Assembly (NCBI GenBank): GCA_964016885.1
Contig: OZ024744.1
Location: forward strand, 26,474,001-26,538,000
Origin: Eledone cirrhosa
Taxonomy: Eukaryota
Length of the DNA: 64,000 bases
Direction: 5' to 3'
Translations under genes and position numbers: made by a program
Notes under the pieces: model-generated
What the model was told of the DNA's origin: nothing
What the model saw: the letters and a program-made list of their open reading frames with translations, nothing else
Database searches by the model: none
Shown here: positions 37,898-49,800 of the stretch, in pieces
Numbering within the stretch: position 1 is the first letter of the stretch
Layout of the letters: each line of letters begins with the position of its first letter

Positions 37898-40800
37898 TTG
37901 GTTGGTTGGGTGGTTGTTTGGGTGGTTGGGGGTTGGTAAGTTGGGAGGTTGGTTGGGTGGGTGGTTGGTTGGTTGGTTTGTTGGTTTGTTGGTTGGGTGG
38001 TTGGTAGGGTGGAAGATTGGTTGTGTGTGTCGGTCGGTTGTGTGATTGGGTGGTTGGATGGTTGGTTGGGTAATTGGTTGAGTAGTTGGATGGTTGTTTT
38101 GTTGATTGTTGGGTTGGTGCTTGGTTGGGTCGTTGGTTGGTTGTGTGGTTGGGTGGTTGGTTGATTGGGTGGTTGGGTGGTTGGTTGATTGGGTGGGTGC
38201 CTGTGTGGGGGTTGGATGGATGGGTGGTTGGTTGGTTGTTGGGTTGGGGGTTTGGTGGTTTGTTTGGTTGGTTGGTTGACGGTTGGGTGCTTGGATGGTT
38301 GAGTGCTTGGGTGCTTGGATGGTGGGTCGGGTGCTTGGTTGGCTGGGTGGTTGGTTGGGTTGGTGGGGGGATGGGTGGTTGGTTGGTTGTTTGGCTGGGT
38401 GGTTGTTTGGGTGTTTGTTTGGATGGTAGGTTGTCTGGGTGGTTGGTTGGTTCGTTCGTTGGGTGGTTGTTTGTTTTGGTGGTTGTTTTGTTGGTTGGGT
38501 GGTTGTTTGGTTGGGTGATTGTTTTGTTGGGTGGTTGGGTGCTTGCTTGGGTATTTGGTTGGATGTTTGGGTGGTTGGGGCGGTTGGCTGCTGGTTGGGG
38601 GTTGGTAGATTGGGTGGGTGTTTGGTTTGTTGTGTTGTTGTTTGGGTGGTAGGGTTTGTTCGGTTTTTGGGTGGTTGGGTGGTTTGTTGGTTGGGAGGTT
38701 GGTTGTTTTGTAGTGAGGTTGAATGGTTCGTTGATTCGTTGGTTGGTTGGGTGGTTGTTTGGGTGGTTGCTTGGTTGGGTGGGTGGTTGGTTGAGTGGTT
38801 GATTGGTTGTGTGTGTCGGTCGGTTGTGTGATTGGTTGGTTGGATGGTTGGTTGGGTAATTGGTTGGGTAGTTGTTGGGTCGCTGGATGGGTGTGTGGGT
38901 GGCTGGATGGGTGTGTGGGTGGTTGGTTGTTCGTTGGATGGGTGGTGAGTGTTTGGTTGGATGGTTGGTTGAATGATTGTTTGGTTGGTTGGGTGGTTGG
39001 TTGGGTGGTTGTTTGGATGGTAGATGATCTGGGTGGTTGGTTGGTTCGTTCGTTGGCTGGGTGGTTGGCTGTTTGGGTGGTTTTGTGCTTGGTTGGGTGC
39101 TTGTTTGCTTGGTTGGGTGGTTGGGGGGTTGGGGGGTTGGGAGGTTGTTTGGTTGGTTGGTTGTGAGGTTGTATGGTTCGTTGGTTCGTTGGTTGGTTGA
39201 TTGGGTGGTTGGTTGGTTTGTTGGTTTGTTGGTTGGGTGGTTGGTAGGGTGGAAGATTGTTTGGGTGGGTGTTTGGGTGGTTGAGTGGTTGAGTGGTTGA
39301 TTGGTTGTGTGTGTCGGTCGGTTGTGTGATTGGGTAGTTGGATGGTTGTTTTGTTGATGTTTGGGTTGTTGGTTGGTTGGGTCGTTGGTTGGTTGGGTGG
39401 TTGGATGGTTGGTTAGTTGGTTGGGTCGTTGGGTTGGTGCCTGGGTGCGTGGTTGGATGGATAGGTGGTTGGTTGGCTGGTTGGGTTGTGGGATGGGTGG
39501 TTGAGTGTTTGGTTGGATGGTTGGTTGAGAGGTTGGGTGGTTGGATGGTTGGTTGATTGGTTGGGTGGTTGGTTGGTGGGGCGGATGGTTGGTTGGGAGG
39601 GTGGTTCATTGGTTTTTTTTGTGTAGGTGGTTGGATGTATGGGTGGGTGGTTGGATGGTTGGCTGGTTGTGTGGTTGGGTGGTTGGTTGATTGATGTGGT
39701 GGTTGTTTGGATCGATGGTTGGATGGTTGGATGCTTGGATGGTTGGTGGTTTGTTGGGTGGTTGAGTGGTTGGTTGTGTAGTTCGTTGGGTGGGTGGTTG
39801 GTTGGGTGGTCGTTTGTGTGGTTGGGTGTGTTGGTTGGGTTGTAGCTTGTCTGGTTGGGTGGTTAGGTGGTTGGGTTGGTGGTAAGGTGGGTGGTTGATT
39901 GGATGGTTCGTTGGGTGGTTGGTTGGGTTGGTTCGTTTGATGGGTGGTTGGTTGGTTGGTTGGATGGGTGGTTGATTGGGTGGGTGGTTGTTTGGGTGGT
40001 TGGTTGTTCGAGTGGTTGGTTGGTTGGGTGGTTGGTTGGTGGGTTGGGTGGTTGGTTGCTTGGGTGTTTGCTTGGGTTGTTGCGTCGTTGGTTGGGTAGT
40101 TCGTTGTGTAGGTGGTACGTTGTGTGGTTGTTTGGTTGGGTGCTTGGTTTGGTTTGGTTGGTTGGTTGGGTGTTTGTTTAATTGGGTGGTTGTGTGTTTG
40201 GTTGTTTGGTTTGGTGGTTGGGTGGTTATCTGGTTGGGGTCTTGGTTGGTTGGGAGGTTGGTTTGGTAGTTGCGTGGTTCGGTTTTTGTGTGGATGGGTG
40301 GTTGGTTGGTCGCGAGGTTGGTTCGTTGGTTGGTTAGTTGGTTGGGTGGGTGGTTGTTAGGGTGGAGGATTGGTTGAGTGGATGGGTGGTTGTTTGTCGG
40401 TCGGTTCGGTGGGTGGTTGGCTGGTTGGATGATTGGGTGGTTGGACGGTTGGTTGGGTGATTGGTTGGGTAGTTGGATGGTTGTTTTGTTGATGGTTGGG
40501 TTGTTGGTTGGTTGGGTGGTTGGTTGGTTGGTTGGGTGGTTGGGTGGTTGGGTGGTTGGGTGGTTGGGTGGTTGTTTGGATGGTTGTTTGGATGGTTCGT
40601 TGGTTGGTTGGGTTGTTGTTTGGGTGGTTGGTTGTTGGGTTGGGTGGTTGTTTGCTTATTTGTTTGGTTGGTTAATCGTTGGGTCGTTGGTTGGTGGGTG
40701 GGTGGTTGGGTGGTTGGTTGGTGGGTGGATGGTTGGGTGGTTGGGTGGTTGGTTGGTTGGTTGATTGGGTGGTTGGTTGGTTTGTTGGTTTGTTGGTTGG

Positions 40801-43800
40801 GTGGTTGGTAGGGTGGAAGATTGTTTGGGTGGGTGTTTGGGTGGTTGAGTGGTTGAGTGGTTGATTGGTTGTGTGTGTCGGTCGGTTGTGTGATTGGGTA
40901 GTTGGATGGTTGTTTTGTTGATGTTTGGGTTGTTGGTTGGTTGGGTCGTTGGTTGGTTGGGTGGTTGGATGGTTGGTTAGTTGGTTGGGTCGTTGGGTTG
41001 GTGCCTGGGTGCGTGGTTGGATGGATAGGTGGTTGGTTGGCTGGTTGGGTTGTGGGATGGGTGGTTGAGTGTTTGGTTGGATGGTTGGTTGAGAGGTTGG
41101 GTGGTTGGATGGTTGGTTGATTGGTTGGGTGGTTGGTTGGTGGGGCGGATGGTTGGTTGGGAGGGTGGTTCATTGGTTTTTTTTTTGTGTAGGTGGTTGG
41201 ATGTATGGGTGGGTGGTTGGATGGTTGGCTGGTTGTGTGGTTGGGTGGTTGGTTGATTGATGTGGTGGTTGTTTGGATCGATGGTTGGATGGTTGGATGC
41301 TTGGATGGTTGGTGGTTTGTTGGGTGGTTGAGTGGTTGGTTGTGTAGTTCGTTGGGTGGGTGGTTGGTTGGGTGGTCGTTTGTGTGGTTGGGTGTGTTGG
41401 TTGGGTTGTAGCTTGTCTGGTTGGGTGGTTAGGTGGTTGGGTTGGTGGTAAGGTGGGTGGTTGATTGGATGGTTCGTTGGGTGGTTGGTTGGGTTGGTTC
41501 GTTTGATGGGTGGTTGGTTGGTTGGTTGGATGGGTGGTTGATTGGGTGGGTGGTTGTTTGGGTGGTTGGTTGTTCGAGTGGTTGGTTGGTTGGGTGGTTG
41601 GTTGGTGGGTTGGGTGGTTGGTTGCTTGGGTGTTTGCTTGGGTTGTTGCGTCGTTGGTTGGGTAGTTCGTTGTGTAGGTGGTACGTTGTGTGGTTGTTTG
41701 GTTGGGTGCTTGGTTTGGTTTGGTTGGTTGGTTGGGTGTTTGTTTAATTGGGTGGTTGTGTGTTTGGTTGTTTGGTTTGGTGGTTGGGTGGTTATCTGGT
41801 TGGGGTCTTGGTTGGTTGGGAGGTTGGTTTGGTAGTTGCGTGGTTCGGTTTTTGTGTGGATGGGTGGTTGGTTGGTCGCGAGGTTGGTTCGTTGGTTGGT
41901 TAGTTGGTTGGGTGGGTGGTTGTTAGGGTGGAGGATTGGTTGAGTGGATGGGTGGTTGTTTGTCGGTCGGTTCGGTGGGTGGTTGGCTGGTTGGATGATT
42001 GGGTGGTTGGACGGTTGGTTGGGTGATTGGTTGGGTAGTTGGATGGTTGTTTTGTTGATGGTTGGGTTGTTGGTTGGTTGGGTGGTTGGTTGGTTGGTTG
42101 GGTGGTTGGGTGGTTGGGTGGTTGGGTGGTTGGGTGGTTGGTTGGATGGTTGTTTGGATGGTTCGTTGGTTGGTTGGGTTGTTGTTTGGGTGGTTGGTTG
42201 TTGGGTTGGGTGGTTGTTTGCTTATTTGTTTGGTTGGTTAATCGTTGGGTCGTTGGTTGGTGGGTGGGTGGTTGGGTGGTTGGTTGGTGGGTGGATGGTT
42301 GGGTGGTTGGGTGGTTGGTTGGTTGGGTAGTTGGGTGTTTGGTTGTTGGGTTGGCTTGTTGGTTGATGGTTTGGTAGGTTGGTTGATAGTTGGGCGGGTG
42401 GATGGTTGGATGATTTGGTGCATGGGTGCGTGGTTGGTGGGTTAGGTGGTTGGTTGCCTGGGTGGTTGGTTGTTTGGGTGGATGTGTGGTTGGTTGGGTG
42501 GTTGATTCGTTGGTTGGGTGGTTGTTTTGTTGGGTGGTTGGATGCTTGGTTGTGTGCTTGTTTGTTTGGTTGGGTGGTTGGGTGGCTGGCTGGTTGGGTG
42601 GCTGGTTGGATAGCTGGGTGGCTGGTTTGATGGTTGGTTGTGTAGGTAGTTGGTTGATTGTTTTGATGTTTGGGTGGTTGGTTATTTCGGTGGTTGGTTG
42701 GGTTGTTGTTTGGTTGGTTAGTTGGGTGGTTGGTTGTTTGAATGGTTGGTTGGTTGATTGGTTTCATGGATCGTTGGTTGGTTGGGTGGTAGTTTGGACG
42801 GTTGGTTGGTTGTTTGTGTGATTAGTTGGATGGTAGGCTGGATATGTGGGTTGTTGGTTGGTTGGATGGTTGGGTGGTTGGTTGGTTGGCTTGTTTGATT
42901 CTTTATTGTATGGGTCGTTGGATGGTTGGTTGTTTGGTTGGGTGGTTGGTTGTGTGGTTGGTTGGGTGGTTGGGTGGTTGTTTGGGTGGTTGGTTGGTTG
43001 TGTGGTTGATTGGTTGTGTGTCGGTCGGTTGTGTGATTGGGTGGTTGAATGGTTGGTTGGGTAATTGGTTGGGTAGTTGTATGGTTCTTTTGTTGATGGT
43101 TGGGTTGTTGGTTGGTTGGTTGGGTGGTTGGTTTGTTGGGTGGGTAGTTGATTGGCTGGTTGAATGTTTCGGGTGGTTGGTTAGTTCGGTGGTTGGTTGG
43201 GTGGTTGGTTGGATGGATGGTTGGATGTTTGGTTGGTTGGTAGGTAGGTTGTATGGTTGGTTGTTTGGCTGGTTGGTTGTTTGGTTGGCTGGTTGGTTGT
43301 TTGGTTGGCTGTTTGGCTGGTTGGTTGTTTGGTAGGTTGGTACGTTGGTTCGATGGCTGGGAGTTAGGTTGGCTGTTTGGCTGGTTTGTTGGTTGGTAGG
43401 GCGTTTTGGATGGGTCATTGTTTGGTTGGATGGTAGGTTGGATGTTTGGTTGGTTGTTTGGGTGCGTGGCTAGTTGTTTGGTTGGTTGGGTGGTTGGGTG
43501 TTTGGGTGGTTGGTGGGATGGTTGGTTTGTTGGGTGGTTAGGTGTTTCGATGTTTAGTAGGTTGTTTGGATGCTTGGTTGGTGGGTTGGATGTTTGATTG
43601 TTTGGTTGGATGCTTGGATGCTTGGTTGGGTGGTTGGTTTGTTGGCTGGATGGTCGGTTAGTTGCTTATTTTGGAGGTTGGTCGGTTGGTTGGGTGGATC
43701 GTTGGTTGGTTGGGTGGTTGTCTGGGTGAATGGTTGGTTGGTTGGATAGTTGGTTGGTTGGATGGTCGGTTTGTGTGGTTGGTTAGGAGGTTGGTCGGTT

Positions 43801-46800
43801 GGTTGGGTGGGTGGTTGGTTGTATGGGTGGGTGGCTGGATGAGTGTGTAGGTGGTTGGTTGGGTCGTTCGATGGGTGGTGAGTGTTTGGTTGGATGGTTG
43901 ATTGAATGGTTGTTTGGTTGGTTGGGTGGTTGGTTGGTTGGGTGGCTGTTTGGATGGTAGATGGTCTGGGTGGTTGGTTGGCTGGTTCGTTGGCTGGGTG
44001 GTTGGCTGTTTGGGTGGTTTTGTGCTTGGTTGGGTGCTTGTTTGGTTTGTTGGGTGGTTGGGGGGTTGGTTGGGAGGTTGTTTGGTTGGGTGAGTGGTTG
44101 GTTGGTTGTGAGGTTGTATGGTTCGTTGGTTTGTTGGTTGGTTGATTGGGTGGTTGGTTGGTTTTTTGGTTTGTTGGTTGGGTGGTTGGTAGGGTGGAAG
44201 ATTGTTTGGGTAGGTGTTTGGGTGGTTGGTTGGTTGAGTGGTTGATTGGTTTTGTGTGTCGGTCGGTTGTGTGATTGGGTAGTTGGATGGTTGGTTGGGT
44301 AATTGGTTGGGTAGTTAGATGGTTGTTTTGTTGATGGTTGGGTTGTTGGTTGGTTGGGTCGTTGGTTGGTTGGGTGGTTGGATGGTTGGTTGGTTGGGAG
44401 ATTGGGTTGGTGCCTGGGTGCGTGGTTGGATGGATGGGTGGTTGGTTGGCTGGTTTGGTTGTGGGATGGGTGGTCGAGTGTTTGGTTGGATGGTTGGTTG
44501 AGAGGTTGGGTGGTTGGTCGGATGGTTGGTTGATTGGTTGGGTGGTTGGTTGGAGGAATGGTTGTTTTGTTCGTTGGTTGGGAGGTTGGTTGGGCGGATG
44601 GTTGGGAGGGTGGTTCATTGGTTGTTTTTTTGTGTAGGTGGTTGGATGTATGGGTGGGTGGTTGGATGGTTGGCTGGTTGTGTGGTTGGGTGGTTGGTTG
44701 ATTGATGTGGTGGTTGTTTGGATCGATGGTTGGATGGTTGGTTGGATGCTTGTATGGTTGGTTGGTTTGTTGGTTGGTTGAGTGGTTGGTTGTGTAGTTC
44801 GTTGGGTGGGTGGGTGGGTGGTCGTCTGTGTGGTTGGGTGTGTTGGTTGGGTTGTAGCTTGTCTGGTTGGGTGGTTAGGTGGTTGGGTTGGTGGTAAGGT
44901 GGGTGGTTGATTGGATGGTTCGTTGGGTGGTTGGTTGGGTTGGTTCATTTGGTGGGTGGTTGGTTGGTTGGTTGGATGGGTGGTTGATTGGGTGGGTGGT
45001 TGTTTGGGTGGTTGGTTGTTCGCGTGGTTGGTTCGTTGGGTGGTTGGTTGCTTGGGTGGTTGCTTGGGTTGTTGCGTCGTTGGTTGGGTAGTTCGTTGTG
45101 TGGGTGGTACGTTGTCTGGTTGTTTGGTTTTGTGCTTGGTTGGTTGGGTGGTGGGTTGTTTGGGTGGTTGGTTGAGTGGTTGGTTGGTTGGGTGTTTTTT
45201 TAGTTGGGTGGTTGTGTGTTTGGTTGGTTGGTTTGGTGGTTGGGTGGTTATCTGGTTGGGGTCTTGGTTGGTTGGGAGGTTGGTTGGGTAGTTGCGTGGT
45301 TCGGTTTTTGTGTGGATGGGTGGTTGGTTGGTCGCGAAGTTGGTTCGTTGGTTGGTTGGTTGGTTGGTTGGGTGGGTGGTTGTTAGGGTGGAGGATTGAT
45401 TGAGTGGGTGTTTGGGTGGTTGAGTGGATGGGTGGTTGTTTGTCGGTCGGTTCGGTGGGTGGTTGGCTGGTTGGATGGTTGGGTGTTTGGTTGGGTAGTT
45501 GGATGGTTGTTTTGTTGATGGTTGGGTTGTTGGTTGGTTGGGTGGTTGGTTGGTTGGTTGGTTGGTTGGGTGTTTGGGTGGTTGGTTGGTGGGTTGGATG
45601 GTTGGTTGGTTGGTTGGTTGGGTCGTTGGGTGGTTGGTTGGTGGGTTGGATGGTTGGGTGGTTGGTTGGTTGGTTGGGTGGTTGGGTGGTTGGGTGGTTG
45701 GTTGGTTGGGTAGTTGGGTGTTTGGTTGTTGGGTTGGCTTGTTGGTTGTTTGTTTGGTAGGTTGGTTGATGGTTAGGCGGGTGGATGGTTGGATGATTTG
45801 GTGCATGGGTGCGTGATTGGTGGGTTAGGTGGTTGGTTGCCTGGGTGGTTGGTTGTTTGGGTGGATGTGTGGTTGGTTGGGTGGTTGATTCGTTGGTTGG
45901 GTGGTTGTTTTGTTGGTTGGTGGATGCTTGGTTGTGTGCTTGTTTGTTTGGTTGGGTGGTTGGGTGGCTGGCTGGTTGGATAGCTGGGTTGCTGGTTTGA
46001 TGGTTGTTTGTGTAGGTAGTTGGTTGATTGTTTTGATGTTTGGGTGGTTGTTTATTTCGGTGGTTGGTTAGGTTGTTGTTTGGTTGGTTAGTTGGGTGGT
46101 TGGTTGTTTGAATGGTTGGTTGGTTGATTGGTTTCATGGATCGTTGGTTGGTTGGGTGGTAGTTTGGACGATTGGTTGGTTGTTTGTGTGATTAGTTGGA
46201 TGGTAGGCTGGATATGTGGGTTGTTGGTTGGTTGGATGGTTGGTTGTTTTTTTGTTTGGTTGGGTGGTTGGTTGGTTGGCTTGTTTGATTGTTTATTGTA
46301 TGGGTCGTTGGATGGTTGGTTGTTTGGTTGGATGGTTGGTTGTGTGGTTGGTTGGGTGGTTGGTTTTGGTGGTTGTTTGGCTGGTTGGTTAGGTGGTTGT
46401 TTGGATGGTAGCTTGTCTGGGTGGGTGGTTCGTTCGTTCGTTGGGTGGTTGTTTGTTTTGGTGGTTGTTTTGTTGGTTGGGTGGATGGTTGGTTGGGTGG
46501 TTGTTTTGTTGGTTGGGTTGTTAGGGGGTTGGTTGGGAGGTTGGTTCGTTGTTTGGTTGGGTGGGTGGTTGTTTGGGTGGTTGGTTGGTTGGGTGGTTGG
46601 TAGGGTGGAAGATTGGTTGGGTTGGTGTTTGGGTGGTTGGTTGAGTGGTTGATTGGTTGCGTGCGTCGGTTGTTTGGGTGATTGGGTGGTTGGATAGTAG
46701 GTTGGGTAATTGTTTGGGTAGTTGGATGGTTGTTTTGTTGATGGTTGGGTTGTTGGTTGGCTGGGTGGTTGGTTGGTTGGGTGGTTGGGAGGTTGTTTGG

Positions 46801-49800
46801 TTGTGTGGGTGCTTCCATGGTTGGTTGTTTGTGTAGGTGGTTGGATGGATGAGAGGGTGGTTGGTTGGGTGGCTGGTTGGGAGGTTGGTTGGTTGTGTAG
46901 GTGGTTCCATGGTTGGTTGTTTGTGTAGGTGGTTGGATGGATGGGAGGGTGGTTGGTTGGGTGGCTGGTTGGGAGGTTGGTTGGTTGGTTGTTTGTGTAG
47001 GTGGTTGGATGGATGGGAGGGTGGTTGGTTGGGTGGCTGGTTGGGTGGTTGGTTGTTTGGTTGGTTGGGTGGTTGGTTGGTTGGATGGGTGGTTCCATGG
47101 TTGTTTGTTTGTGTAGGTGGTTGGATGGATGGGAGGGTGGTTGGTTGGGTGGCTGGTTGTGTGGTTGGTTGGTTGGTTTGTGGGATGGTTGTTTGGATGG
47201 TTGGATGGTTGGATTGTACGGTGGTTGGGTGCTGGGTTGGATGGTTGGCTGGTTTTGTGATTTGGTGGTTGGTTGATTGATGTCGTGGTTGGTTGGATCT
47301 ATGGTTGGATGGTTGCTTGGATGATTGGATGGTTGGTTGGATGTTTGGATGTTGGGTGGGTGGTTGGTTGGTTGGTTGGTTGTGTGGTCGGGTGGTTGAT
47401 TGTTTGGTTGGATGATTGGTTGGCTGGTTGGATTGTTTGTTTTATGGTTGGTTGGATGGTGGGTTAGTTGGTTGTTTTGATGTTTAGGTGGTTGGTTGGT
47501 TGGTTGGTTGTTTGAATGGTCGGTTGTATGGTTGAGTGGTTGGTTGGTTGGCTGTTTGGTTGGTCGGGTGGGCGGTTGGTTGTTTTTTTGTTTGGTGGTT
47601 GGTTGTGTGGTTGGGTAGGTGTTTGGGTGGTTGGTTGGTGTGTTGTGTGGTTGGTTGGTTTTGTGGTTGGTTGGATGGTTTGTTGGTTGTGTGGTTGGTT
47701 TGTTGGTTGTGTGGTTGGGTAGTTGTTTGGGTGGTTGGTTGGTGGGTTGGGTGGATGTTTGGCTGGGTGGTTGCTTGTTTGGGTAGTTGGTTGGTTGATG
47801 GTTCGGTTGTTGGATGGTTGGTTGGGTGGTTGGTTGGGTGGTTGGTTGGTTGGTTAATTTATTGGATGGTTGTTTGTATGGTTTGCTGGTTGGAAGTTTC
47901 TTTGGGTGGTTGGTTGGTGGGATGGTTGGTTGGGTGGTGGATGGTTGGTTGTGTGGTTGGCTGGTTGGGTGGTTGGTTGGTCGGATGGTTGGTTGGATGT
48001 TTGTTTGGATGGTTCGTTGGGTGTTTGGGTGTGTTGTTTGGGTGGTTGGTTGTTGGGTAGGGTGGTGGTCTGCTTGTTTATTAGGTTGTTGGTTTGGTTG
48101 GATGGTTGGATAGTTCGATGGTTGGTTGGTTGGGTGGTTTGGTGGATGGTTGGTTGGGTGGTTGGATGGTTGGGTTGTTTTTTGGCTGGTTGTGTGTGTG
48201 GTTGGATGGTCGCTTGTTTGGTTAGTTGGTTGGTTGATTGATGGTTCGGTGGTGGGTTGGGTGGTTGGTGGGTTGGGTGGTCGGTTGCGTGGTTGGGCGG
48301 TTGGGTGGTTGGTTGTTGGGTTGGGTGTTTGGTTGGTTGTTTGGTTGATTGGTTGGTTTGGTGGGTGGTTGGTTGGATGGGTGGTTGGTTGGTTGTGTGG
48401 TTGGTTGGTTCGGTGGTTCAGTGGTTGGTTGGTTGAGTGGTTAGATAGTTGGTTGGGTGGTTGGTTGGATGGTTGGATGGTTGGTTGGTTGATTTTAGAT
48501 TGTTGATTGGTTCGTTGGGTGGTTCTTTGGTTGCTTATGTTGGCGGGTTTGGTGGTTGGTTGGTTGTTTGTTTGGGGGGTTGGGTGTTTGGTTGGGTGGT
48601 TGGTTGGATGGTTGGGTGGTTAGTTACTGGGTTGGGTGGGTGGGTGGGTGGTCGGATTGTTGGTTGGGTGGTTGGGTGGTTGGTTATGTGCTTGGTTTGG
48701 TGGTTGGCTGGTTAAGATAGTTGGGTGGATGGTTGGTGGGTTGGGTGGTTGGTGGGTTGTTTTATTGGATGGTTGTTTGCATGGTTTGATGGTTGGATGG
48801 TTGGTTGGGGGGTCGTTTGGTTGAATCTTTGGTTGGGTGGTTGGTGAGTTGCTTGGGTGTTTGAGTGGTTGGTTGTTTGTGTGTTTGGTTGTTTGGATGG
48901 TTGGGTGGGTGGTTGGATGGTTGGTTGGTTGGGTGACTGGGTGGTAGGGTTGGTGGGTGGTTGGGTTGATGGTTGGTTCGTTGTATGGTTGATTGGTTGG
49001 TTCCATTGTTGGTTGTATGGTTGGTTGGATGGTCGGTTGGTTGCCTGTTTGTTTGGTTGAGTGGCTGGCTGGTTGGTTGGATGGTTGGGTGGTTGGTTGT
49101 TTGGATTGTTGAATGGTTGTTTGGATGGTTGGATGGTTGGATAATTTGAGGGTTGGGTGGATGGCTGGATGGTTGGCTGGTTGTGTGGTTGGGTGGTTGG
49201 CTGGTTAATGTGGTGGTTGATTGGATCTATGCTAGTATGGTTGGTTGGATGGTTGAATGGTTGGTTGGGTGGTTGGTTGGGTGTGTGGATGTTTGGTTTG
49301 TTAGTTCGGTTGTTGGTTTGTTTGATGGTTTGGTTGGATGGTTGGATAGTTGGATTGTTTTTTTGGCTGGTTGTGAGTGTTTTTGGTTGGTTGCTTGTTT
49401 GGGTAGTTGGTTGGTTGATTGATGGTTCGGTTGTTGGTTGGTTGGGTGGTTGGGAGGTTGGTTGGTGCGTTTGGTTGGTTGGTTGCGTGGTTGGGTGTTT
49501 GGCTGGTTGGTTGTTGGGTTGGGTCTTTGGTTGTTTGGTTGCGTAGTTGGATGGTTGGATGGGTGGTTCTGTGGTTGGATGGATGATTCTGTGGTTGGTT
49601 GGTTGGGTGGTTGGGTGGTTGGGTGGTTGTTTGTTTGGGTGGTTGAGTGGTTGGTTGGGTAGTTGGGTGATTGGTTGGTGGGTTGGGTGGTTGGTTGGTT
49701 GTGTGGTTGGTTGGGTGGTTGGTTGGTTAAGTGTTTGGGTGGTTGGTTGTTGGGTTGTTTGGGTGGTTGGGTGTTTGGTTGGTTTATTGGATGTTTGTTT

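Noticed and set aside
36271-39609. 1112-aa Pro/Thr/Asn/Gln mucin-like ORF and the Trp/Gly/Val ORFs
   Set aside because: (AACC)n is stop-poor in every frame, and duplicated copies shift frame freely
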